A program made the translations under genes and the position numbers. Source: Promethearchaeota archaeon (GTDB taxonomy: Archaea; Asgardarchaeota; Lokiarchaeia; Sigyniarchaeales; SOKP01). From it: DNA of 64,000 nt. The stretch covers positions 8,740 to 72,739 of the forward strand of contig JAFGGO010000085.1 in assembly GCA_016930515.1 (NCBI GenBank). The letters run 5' to 3'. Positions 1 through 9,039 of the stretch are shown piece by piece (the first letter of the stretch is position 1; each line of letters begins with the position of its first letter). Under the pieces are notes generated by a model, which had not been told where the DNA came from, ran no database searches, and saw nothing but the letters and a program-made list of their open reading frames with translations.

Positions 1-2
1 TC

Positions 3-689
3 GTGTTTAGATCGCATCCGAAAGACATCAAGAGCATGATATTCATGACGGTCATAGGATTTAACATGGGTAATTTTGCGTATCCTTTAATAGAGAGTAT
101 ATGGGGGGAAGCGGGCTTGAGATATATCGTATTTTTTGATATTGGAAACGCGCTTGTCATATTTATCGTGATAGGGTTTATTGCCTCGTTTTATTCTGAA
201 AAACAAGCCATTGAAGGCAACGAAACCGTGTATAAAACTACTTTTTTGCGCGTGGTTAAATCTCCGCCGTTAATTGCCGTTTTTATCGCCTTAATCGTTA
301 ATTTAAGCGGGTTGACAATTCCCTTATTCATTCAAGATTTTTTGGACATCCTTTCGAGAGCAAACATGGCGCTTACCTTGCTAAGTTTGGGCATTTTTTT
401 AAATTTTCGGTTTGAAAAAACCGAGTGGAAGACGATCGGAAAAATCTTGGTCATTCGCTATTCTTTTGGCTTAATGGCAGGTCTTTTCTTGTTCTTTATC
501 TTGCCTTTTCCCTTGCTCTATCGCACGATCGTGCTCATAAGTTTGATTCTCCCGATGGCCATGGGCACGATTCTTTTCGCAGTCGAGTATGGTCATGACG
601 AAAAAATCGCAGGAATGATAGGAAATATCACGTTAATCATCAGTTTCGTGATGATGTGGATCATTATTTTAATTATAGGGGTTATTTAA
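3..689 (+). CDS. AEC (auxin efflux carrier/malate permease) family transporter, 5' truncated by window edge
   Basis: Multi-TM protein with family motifs NMGNFAYPL, SPPLIA and ILPMAM. Confidence 0.85.
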   Translation: MFRSHPKDIKSMIFMTVIGFNMGNFAYPLIESIWGEAGLRYIVFFDIGNALVIFIVIGFIASFYSEKQAIEGNETVYKTTFLRVVKSPPLIAVFIALIVNLSGLTIPLFIQDFLDILSRANMALTLLSLGIFLNFRFEKTEWKTIGKILVIRYSFGLMAGLFLFFILPFPLLYRTIVLISLILPMAMGTILFAVEYGHDEKIAGMIGNITLIISFVMMWIIILIIGVI

Positions 690-778
690 CATTTAATTTT
701 CAGGATTTTGAACGACTTAAAACTTCATGTGAGTGATATATCATCTTTATAAAAAAAAATGATAAGAATAAATTTTCA

Positions 779-997
779 TTATTTTAAATGACGCTTTTTA
801 ACGATTACGATTGTTGCTGCTATTGAAATGCAGATAAAAATCAAGTAACCATCGCCAAACGGGATTCCATTTATTAGAACACCGATGGTTGTGCTCTCCA
901 AGATATAAGTATATAACAATGAGCCATTAGCTAAGAAATATTCAACGCTAGATGCTATTCCGGCGGAATTATAGGTAATGACGATTTTATGATTATT
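779..997 (-). pseudogene. Orphan 3' fragment of a cell-surface protein gene with C-terminal sorting signal
   Basis: Manual translation NNHKIVITYNSAGIASSVEYFLANGSLLYTYILE...GIPFGDGYLIFICISIAATIVIVKKRHLK*; in-frame stop immediately upstream and no ATG at its 5' end. Confidence 0.6.
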
Positions 998-1087
998 TTA
1001 ATAATTTTACTAGATGGATTTATTAAAGTCTATGAATTCATATGGGTCTACAAATATTTTAAAAACTATTTTTGGTTCATTTTCTTC

Positions 1088-1723
1088 ATGAGCATGAAAA
1101 GTGATATAGGCGATTTTTTTAAATTAAACCCAGAACATGTTAAAATGGCTTGTAAAATAGCAGGAGACGCTTTCCAGGAGGATCCATTCACGAAGTTCGT
1201 GTATCCTGACGAGAATGTCCGAAAGCAAAAACTACAACATGCTTTTTTAATGCCCTATACTTATGGTATAAGACATGGAATGACTTACGCCACCTCTTCT
1301 AATCTAGAAGGAGTGATAATTTGGTTGCCTCCCGGCAAGATTTATGCTTCTACTTGGACAATGATGAAATATGGTGGTTTTCGCACGATATTTAAAGTCG
1401 GATTTAATATCAAAGCATTGAAAAGAAGTATAGCTGTATTCGCTTATATGGAAGCAAGACATAAACACTTGGTCCCTTACGATCATTGGTATATCCAAAA
1501 TTTAGCCGTCAAACCAAAGGAACAAGGAAAAGGACATGGAAGCTCGCTCATTCGGGCAATGTTTAAGAGAATCGATCCTGAAGGATTACCTATCTATTTA
1601 GAAACAAATAACGAGAGAAATATATCGTTATATCGTAGACACGGATTTGAAATCCTCGAACATTCAATAATTCCTAATACCGACAATGTACCCCTTTGGT
1701 GCATGCTGAGAAAACCAATATAA
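1088..1723 (+). CDS. GNAT family N-acetyltransferase
   Basis: HWYIQNLAV, QGKGHGS acetyl-CoA loop, YLET..N..LY...GF; ATG 1088 preferred over the 989 start. Confidence 0.88.
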   Translation: MSMKSDIGDFFKLNPEHVKMACKIAGDAFQEDPFTKFVYPDENVRKQKLQHAFLMPYTYGIRHGMTYATSSNLEGVIIWLPPGKIYASTWTMMKYGGFRTIFKVGFNIKALKRSIAVFAYMEARHKHLVPYDHWYIQNLAVKPKEQGKGHGSSLIRAMFKRIDPEGLPIYLETNNERNISLYRRHGFEILEHSIIPNTDNVPLWCMLRKPI

Positions 1724-1820
1724 GCTCGTTAGCCAAGTCTAATGACAATTTTTGAGTACAATGATAACTTTATCAATTTCAAGGAAAAGCTGTTTAAATG
1801 TGATTCTTTATAATTATAAG

Positions 1821-2084
1821 TTAAAAGAAATTTCTCGTCTTGATCCTGTATACTGAAAGCCCTATTGGAACGAATAATAAGCCAATGGCAAGATATAAAC
1901 ATATATCTATCAGCAAGGTTAGTGATGCGGCCGATCCGAAAAAATTAACTGTATTTGATGTGCCCCCTGCTCTTAAATAAGCCTGGATGGAAAATAAAAA
2001 ATGTGCTGATAAAAACAACATTAAAGACACCACGACGCTAAAGACCTCAAAGATTGACGATATTACTCCGTTTTTTTTCATCAT
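1821..2084 (-). CDS. Small 2-TM hypothetical membrane protein
   Basis: 87 aa ORF with two hydrophobic stretches and a basic C-terminus. Confidence 0.5.
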   Translation of the reverse strand: MMKKNGVISSIFEVFSVVVSLMLFLSAHFLFSIQAYLRAGGTSNTVNFFGSAASLTLLIDICLYLAIGLLFVPIGLSVYRIKTRNFF

Positions 2085-2732
2085 GTTTTAATCCCTAATC
2101 CCCTATTATTTCCATTTGTTGTTGAATCATTTAAGAATTGTATTAACAGTATACCCTTTTCGTTATAATAACAAAAGTCTCTAAAAAAATCATTGAGAAA
2201 GTTGGTTGGACGAATCACAGCAACGAACATTTTTTCGAAGAAATAAATAAAAGAGGGATTTTTTAGAGTGTATGTTTATAAAAGAAATACACACTAAAAA
2301 CGGCAAGCTAAAAAGAGAGGAAACATATCATAATATTTTATTATCATTGGGTAGTATATAGAATTTTATAATTTAGATAGTATAAAATTTCCGAAAACAT
2401 ACATTAATTAAATTTTCTTGAAATACTTCGATCTTCAATATAAACCATAATACTAAAAAACTGAATTGATTTTTTCATTTTACACTATTGTAAGTAAATA
2501 AGATAATATTAAATAACTATTCAAAAGATTAATAAATATATTTCCTTAAAAGACAGTGGTTGTTATTAATGTTTTTATTTAAAAGGGGGAGAACGATTTT
2601 TTTAAAAATCTTTCAATAAGACGATTTTAATAGACTCCTTTGAGTAAAACCTAAATTTTTTAGGTCATTTTTTTAGTTTATATCCTAATTCAAGAAGGAA
2701 TAAAGATAACAAATTTTAAGGTAATCAATATC

Positions 2733-3353
2733 GTGAAAGTATCGCCGATTAAGGCCATCGTCTTTGACTTGGGTGATGTCTTAATTGAACATTCTTTTAC
2801 CCGAGCGTTCCTTAAGTGGTCTGAATTGACCCAGATTCCCCAGGATCTATTTCAAGAAGGATTTAAATACGAAGATCCCTTGATGGAGAGATTTGAGCGT
2901 GGGCAAATCTCCGCTGAAGATTTTTTTCAACATTTGACTCAAAAATTAAATATAAACTGGGCATTTTCCGAATTTAAACAGGGATGGCTTCACGCGATTG
3001 ACGAGGTAAATCCTGAATCGTATACGCTTTTAGAAAAATTAAAAGCTCGTTTTGAATTACACGTCCTCTCAAATACTAACGAGTTACACGCTAAGGATAT
3101 ACTAGTGCGTTTTCCCAAGCTATTTGCGTATTTTAACCGGATTTTTTTTTCGAACGAATTATACGCGCGCAAGCCTGAGAAAGAAATTTATCGAAAAATG
3201 ATTGAGCAACTTGATATGCCTCCCGAACAAATCTTATTTATTGACGATAACGAAAGAAACCTTATTGGAGCATCCGAGTTCGGGATTCAAACCGTTCAAA
3301 TGCAATCTTATTCTCAGTTATATATTTCCCTGAAAAATTTCGCAATCATTTAA
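2733..3353 (+). CDS. HAD family phosphatase (YihX-like)
   Basis: FDLGDVL motif I, LSNT motif II, RKP, FIDD motif IV. Confidence 0.92.
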   Translation: MKVSPIKAIVFDLGDVLIEHSFTRAFLKWSELTQIPQDLFQEGFKYEDPLMERFERGQISAEDFFQHLTQKLNINWAFSEFKQGWLHAIDEVNPESYTLLEKLKARFELHVLSNTNELHAKDILVRFPKLFAYFNRIFFSNELYARKPEKEIYRKMIEQLDMPPEQILFIDDNERNLIGASEFGIQTVQMQSYSQLYISLKNFAII

Positions 3354-4373
3354 TTTATCGTTTTTGCGAACTCTTGAGAGCTCTATCGTTCCTAATAAAA
3401 TAAGGACCATGCTAATCACGACAAAATGGAGATTGAAACAAGAAAGGAGTCGAACAGGAACAATTGGGCCATATACTGTAAAATAAATACCAAGGTAGAA
3501 GATTTGGGATAAGCATAATAGACAAGAACTCGCAATTCCTAAAATCAATTGCGTTTGTCTTTCGAGTGTTTGAAATTTTACGATAAGAAGGATCAAAAGG
3601 ACCAGAGCAGCAATTATGGGTATTGTTTGAAGAAGGCTCAAGGGATCAAAACCAAAAAGATATGCGTTAGGTCCGTTGCTGGAAATTTCTACTCCTAAAA
3701 AGATGTACGCGTAATATAAGAAAGGAGGATTTGTATAAAAATTAATGTATGCGAAAATAGGAAGGAAAAATTGTAATATTAATAATAAAGAAAGAACCAT
3801 AAATATTCTACGAATGAGGATAATCGAAGGTTTAATTTTATCATCTCTTGATGATGCCCCCTCCAATTTGCGACTAGGGGATTTATCGATTTTTCTCGAA
3901 ATGTGAATGGTTATTACGCTTGTTATTATGGCGTAAAAGACTATTATCAAAATACTTGTAAGATAAAAACGATTTAGGCAATTTACACAATATCTTAGGC
4001 ACATGAGCGGATATATGATCAAGGTTAACAAGAATAGAAAAGAAGCAACGAGACCGAGAATTAATTTCGCTTTTCGCTCGAGCTTATTGAGTTTTATTGT
4101 TAGTACAAAAAATATCACGATGGCAGGAATCACTGGAATTGTATGATAAAGATCTCCCGTAAAAAACCACCAGTGAAATTTACCCGTGTTGTATTCGTAG
4201 AAGAAATGCAGTCCATAGAATCCAAACCAATAAAATCCCTCATAAAAAAACTCAAGATGAGTAGGAAGAAACAGCAATTGAACTATTAACGCGACTCCAA
4301 GAATTAAAAGAACTTTTCTTGTATATGCATTTTCTCCCTTGAAGATTTTCGTCTTTTGGTTCAATTCGAGCAT
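3318..4373 (-). CDS. Hypothetical polytopic membrane protein with internal duplication
   Basis: Two similar halves (TIPVIPA...KLERKAKLILG versus TIPIIAA...TLERQTQLILG). Confidence 0.7.
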   Translation of the reverse strand: MLELNQKTKIFKGENAYTRKVLLILGVALIVQLLFLPTHLEFFYEGFYWFGFYGLHFFYEYNTGKFHWWFFTGDLYHTIPVIPAIVIFFVLTIKLNKLERKAKLILGLVASFLFLLTLIIYPLMCLRYCVNCLNRFYLTSILIIVFYAIITSVITIHISRKIDKSPSRKLEGASSRDDKIKPSIILIRRIFMVLSLLLILQFFLPIFAYINFYTNPPFLYYAYIFLGVEISSNGPNAYLFGFDPLSLLQTIPIIAALVLLILLIVKFQTLERQTQLILGIASSCLLCLSQIFYLGIYFTVYGPIVPVRLLSCFNLHFVVISMVLILLGTIELSRVRKNDKLNDCEIFQGNI

Positions 4374-4637
4374 CTTTAATTGCCCTTCTCTTGTCCTATT
4401 ATTAAGATGTAGTTCACTATTTATAAAGGCATGGGGGTAAAAAGTGAAGTACTGAGCAGATTTTCATCACATGAAACGCAATGCTTTCGTGGATGGATGA
4501 ATTATCCTAAGCATTTTTATTAAAATAATTCATTTTGTTGAATATCTCTTTTTTAGATGTTGGATCGTTCTGAAAATGTCCATTAATTCAAATTAAAATT
4601 TATCAAAATGAACCTCTCAAAAAATAGGTAAAATAAC

Positions 4638-6722
4638 TTAAATGCTCGTCGTGCTTATTGTTGCAAATAGCGCTGGGTGATCAGATTCATGTCCTCCCGT
4701 GTAATGGATGCTGGTTAAGGAAGAGTTTAGATGAGACGAGACGAAGATATGGTCAATTCTTTCGGTTGGTATTTCTCGTTCTCCTGGAAGGTTGGAATCG
4801 ACAATTGCGTTAGCTGGATGAGTAGCAAGCACGATTTCCCAGGCGTCGTAGAGCTGAGCGACGGTAATATTATATTGCTCCGTTCTCGGTTCAAAATTAA
4901 AATCTCCCATTAATAACACATTTTCCTTCCCCTCAGTAATGGTTAGGATGTTCTGTTGTTGGACGAGTTGGGTCGTGTCACCTTCAGAAGAGTTTTCGTA
5001 ATTCCCTAAATGAGTCACGAAAACGTTAAAGGTAGTCGTTCCAACGGTAATTTGCGCCCAAATGGTTGCTGTTTGTTCGCCAACGCATTTCATGTAAAAG
5101 GTGCGAGCGTGGTGGATGGGATACTTCGATAATAAGGCAATGCCAAAGGTATTAGTAACCGTTTTAGGCCCGTAATACGAGTAATATCCAATGGTGTTAC
5201 TAATGTATCTCACGAAATCAGTATTACCGTTCGCAATCCGAGCGGTATCGGACTCTTGCAATCCAATGATGTCGGGATTTAAATTTTGAATTACGGCACA
5301 TTGACCTTCAAAATTTACACTTCCACCATCGGATGCTCCCTGCTGAATATTGTATGTCAAAATAGAGAGTGTACCATCTTTTCCAGGCGGTTGTACGAAT
5401 GGAATCTCGAGAATGATTCCTCCTACGATCGTGCCAAGCATAATTATTAGGATAATACTAAACTTCTTTATCCTTAATGCAAGGTCTTCGAGCGAAGAAC
5501 TTGGAAAGGTAAAAAATGGTTTTTTTACAACCAGAAAGGGTAATATCAATACTATTCCGCTGATTAAAAACACGAACCAAATCATGTCCTTGAATAACGG
5601 TCCAATAACGGGGATATAATCCCAAACAGGAACAAAGACCGCAGAAAGGATTATGACTAGGATGAATAAGGCCGATAAAGAAAACGACCTTCCCATGTTT
5701 CGAATTGAAGGCTTTTTTTTAAACAATTCTTGAACGAGAAGCGTGAAATCCACGAGGATGATTGGCGACAACAAGAGCATCGCGTATAAGACGCCTAAAT
5801 TGAAGACCGTAGTCTCAGGCGGGAAATAAGGATATGTGGATACGAGGGCGAACGGAATTTGATTGAGCCCTATGGTAAGAACGAGCGTTAACACAAACGC
5901 ACCGTTCCACAATAAAACCACGATCGGAGGGAGTTTATTGAAGAAATGAGGCTTCAAGTAGGCAACCGCGATAAAAATCGTAAATACCAAGGCGAGTACG
6001 GTCGTGATCGCGACGATATTTCCTTCCGACCACCTTGCAATTACCGTGGGACTACTGAAGGCAAAATAACACAGGATTAAAACGCTCGTTAAACCCAAGC
6101 AAAGAACCGAAAGTCTCGATTTCGTTTTTTTCTCTCCTTCATTAATCTTATTTTTGGGATTAGCGCTTATTTTATTTTCTTTTTCAAGACGGAGCAGATC
6201 CAACGCCATTATCGAGGAATAAGCTGCGAGAATCCAGCCAATCCATTGGAACCAAAACGATAAAGTTAGATCGATCGAGGAACCAAGCGTTCGAAACAGT
6301 ATTGACAATATTAAACCAGCAGCCAAGGCAATTCCCAGCGTTAATGCGTTTTTTTCGCGTTTGCTTGAAGCTGTTTTTTGCAAGTATGCGGGTAGAAAAA
6401 TCAAGAAACATCCCGTACCTAATCCCGTTAAAATCACTTTTATTTGCGTATCAAAAAATGGATATAAAATCCTACTAACAACCATTATTTCTACGAGAAG
6501 TACTGAGATTTTATCTGGAAAATCGTCCTTAAATGCAATGAGAACGATGGGGGCTAGCAGGAACAAGATTGCCGCAATACTTTCGTTTATATCCGTTTCA
6601 ATGAGATTTAGTAAGTAAATTGATTCCACGAAATCCGTTAAATGCTGGAAAAAGAACAGAAACAGAATCCCTAATAAGACAATTTCAGAATAATACTTTT
6701 TGATAAATTTGTCAAGAGCCAT
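4638..6722 (-). CDS. Multi-TM protein with C-terminal endonuclease/exonuclease/phosphatase (EEP) domain, Cwh43/PGAP2IP-like
   Basis: About 440 aa hydrophobic N-region, then TYNI, GLQESD, LLSKYPI, THL, MGDFN, IDHIF and SDH motifs. Confidence 0.85.
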   Translation of the reverse strand: MALDKFIKKYYSEIVLLGILFLFFFQHLTDFVESIYLLNLIETDINESIAAILFLLAPIVLIAFKDDFPDKISVLLVEIMVVSRILYPFFDTQIKVILTGLGTGCFLIFLPAYLQKTASSKREKNALTLGIALAAGLILSILFRTLGSSIDLTLSFWFQWIGWILAAYSSIMALDLLRLEKENKISANPKNKINEGEKKTKSRLSVLCLGLTSVLILCYFAFSSPTVIARWSEGNIVAITTVLALVFTIFIAVAYLKPHFFNKLPPIVVLLWNGAFVLTLVLTIGLNQIPFALVSTYPYFPPETTVFNLGVLYAMLLLSPIILVDFTLLVQELFKKKPSIRNMGRSFSLSALFILVIILSAVFVPVWDYIPVIGPLFKDMIWFVFLISGIVLILPFLVVKKPFFTFPSSSLEDLALRIKKFSIILIIMLGTIVGGIILEIPFVQPPGKDGTLSILTYNIQQGASDGGSVNFEGQCAVIQNLNPDIIGLQESDTARIANGNTDFVRYISNTIGYYSYYGPKTVTNTFGIALLSKYPIHHARTFYMKCVGEQTATIWAQITVGTTTFNVFVTHLGNYENSSEGDTTQLVQQQNILTITEGKENVLLMGDFNFEPRTEQYNITVAQLYDAWEIVLATHPANAIVDSNLPGEREIPTERIDHIFVSSHLNSSLTSIHYTGGHESDHPALFATISTTSI

Positions 6723-6845
6723 GTTTATAATATATACCTAAGGCTATATATAAATCTTGGTTCTCGATCAATACAATGGTAAATCATATATCGAAAAAGG
6801 TCATCATTGGAATGTTAACGCTTTTTATTCCCATGAGGATTTATT

Positions 6846-7592
6846 TCACCTTTTTTTTAATTCTAATATTGGAATATTATTCTTGTCTGATGCTTGAATT
6901 GGTTCGAGACGCGCCTTATCGAGGTCAAGCAAGGAATATTGGTTTGTATCCAAACAAATAGCGAAACCACCGAGAAACGAGCACCATTTACCCTCGCTTC
7001 GAAAGTCAAAAAATCCTTCTCTTAATGCGATGACGAATATGTCGTGAGAGACATGAATATTGATGGTACCTTTTTCCCCGTTATTGAGGGTCTCAATGGT
7101 TTTATCGTAGACTTTTCTCGAATAATCTGCAAGGGAAACGATTTCTTCAGAAGAATAACACCCATCGCGCCAGCGTTTTATGAATTCAAAACCAGGATGT
7201 TTAATCGCTTCAGACGCGATCAAATTCCCTGCTAATAACACCTCATTTAGAGGGCTATATGTTCCAATGACTGCGCTTTTACCGCCGATCTCTCTGAATC
7301 CCTCGTTTATCAGTTCAGCCGTTTCCACGCATCTCGGAGAAGGACTGTGATATGTGCGTATCCTTTTTTCCTTGGGAAGCAAGCTCCCGAATATCTTAGC
7401 AATCTCTCGACCCATTTCCGTGAGTCTTAAGGTTCTCAACTCCTTTGCGTCATTGGTTTCTTTTCTATGAGAGTGCCTTAAAAACAAGACGATCTTGGCG
7501 TTTTGAGGGGTCATTCTAAGTCCTTCGATAAGCTCTCTCGCTTGAAAGCTCCACTTTGATTCCTTCCAGATGGATTGATACTCCTTTTTCAT
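6846..7592 (-). CDS. Histidine phosphatase superfamily protein
   Basis: LRHS, SP..RC.ETA and VSHD motifs; ATG 7592 likely start. Confidence 0.85.
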   Translation of the reverse strand: MKKEYQSIWKESKWSFQARELIEGLRMTPQNAKIVLFLRHSHRKETNDAKELRTLRLTEMGREIAKIFGSLLPKEKRIRTYHSPSPRCVETAELINEGFREIGGKSAVIGTYSPLNEVLLAGNLIASEAIKHPGFEFIKRWRDGCYSSEEIVSLADYSRKVYDKTIETLNNGEKGTINIHVSHDIFVIALREGFFDFRSEGKWCSFLGGFAICLDTNQYSLLDLDKARLEPIQASDKNNIPILELKKR

Positions 7593-8041
7593 AAAGCACT
7601 CCATTTTATTAAATTTCTTGAAATTCAAATAGTTATTGTTTCATGGAATAAAATGTAGTCTAAGAGTGTAATATTGAAGCATTTTTAATTATAGTGAAAT
7701 ATTAATCTCATTAATTATGAATATAATCAATCTTCAAAAGTCAATTTTATTATCGATATTTTTTTTTCCCTTTTATCGAGTGCATCAATCATTTAACGAT
7801 TAAGAGACTTCAGAAAAGAAAACATCAGATAGACAAATTAAAGGGTAATTTGTTCGCCACAATTACCGCAAAATTTTTTTCCATCTGAGATGAGTGTTTT
7901 TCCGCATTTAGGGCACGATATAATCGTGGAAAGAAATGCAATAAGGAGATCTAAGACTTGTTTAGCACTTTTTTTCCCAAATGTTGAGAGTTTATCAGCA
8001 TCAAATTGAATCGTTTAAAAATTTCTCGTCGCAACTTTAGA

Positions 8042-8968
8042 TTAATTACCAATAGATACCACTAAGCCAATACCTTCAATAATTTTCTTTAATTTAAGAA
8101 TGTGTTCTTCATCAGGCGCTCTTTCGTCAGGACAACAATAAGATCTACCCAATTGTTCGCATTTCGTTTTTCCTCCTTCGTGATAAGGTAGCAGGGAAAC
8201 TTTTTTCACACCTATATTCTTACCCAATATTGCAATCTCCTTTATATGAGATTCAGAATCGTTGAATCCAGAGATTAATGGGATCCTCAACCAGACCTGA
8301 TTGCTTTTTGCTGTTTTCCGTAGGTTCTCCAATATAAGGTCGTTGTTAACGCCAGTTGTTTTTTGGTGTTTTACAGGGTCTAAGTGTTTGATGTCAAAGA
8401 GAACTAGATCGACATGTATCAATACCTCTTGTAATTTTCTCCACGGTGCGTATCCCGTTGTTTCCAATGCCGTGTGAAGTCCTACTTTTTTGCATTCGGT
8501 TAAAATTTCCTTTGCGAATATGTTCTGGGACAGTGGTTCTCCTCCTGATATCGTAACGCCGCCGCCCGAATTCTCGTAAAAGGGTAAGTCTTGTACGAAT
8601 TCTTCCAAGACATCCCGAACTGTTGCTTGCCACCCGCATTTATTTAACGAGTGATAAAGGCAACTATCGACGCATATCAAGCACGAGTTGCATTTATTCC
8701 AATCGATTGTTCTCTTGTCCTGTCCTGATATAGAGATCGCTCCTTGTGGACAAACCTTTACGCAAGCACCGCAACTCTTACAGTTGATGTCCCGAACCAT
8801 AAGATTGATGGAAAAATCCTGTGATTCGGGATTTGAACACCATGGACACCGTAAAGGGCACCCTTTTAAAAATACGGTTGTTCTAATTCCTGGACCATCG
8901 TGCACGCAGAACTTTTGAATGTTAAAAATTAACCCTTTTGGTTCTATCTCCGTCTTTGAATCCTGCAT
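8042..8968 (-). CDS. Glycyl-radical enzyme activating enzyme (radical SAM with 2x[4Fe-4S] ferredoxin insert)
   Basis: HDGPGIRT, CPLRCPWC, two CxxCxxCxxxC motifs, GGEP; lies directly downstream of a GRE. Confidence 0.95.
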   Translation of the reverse strand: MQDSKTEIEPKGLIFNIQKFCVHDGPGIRTTVFLKGCPLRCPWCSNPESQDFSINLMVRDINCKSCGACVKVCPQGAISISGQDKRTIDWNKCNSCLICVDSCLYHSLNKCGWQATVRDVLEEFVQDLPFYENSGGGVTISGGEPLSQNIFAKEILTECKKVGLHTALETTGYAPWRKLQEVLIHVDLVLFDIKHLDPVKHQKTTGVNNDLILENLRKTAKSNQVWLRIPLISGFNDSESHIKEIAILGKNIGVKKVSLLPYHEGGKTKCEQLGRSYCCPDERAPDEEHILKLKKIIEGIGLVVSIGN

Positions 8969-9039
8969 TGATAGATTTAGTCTCCTGTTTTCGTGCAATT
9001 CGACTGTTATTCAAAAATGCTAAGCTTTTTAATCGTGTA

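Noticed and set aside
2261-2300. Imperfect inverted repeat in the AT-rich spacer
   Set aside because: Low complexity, single instance and no clear relation to a gene start
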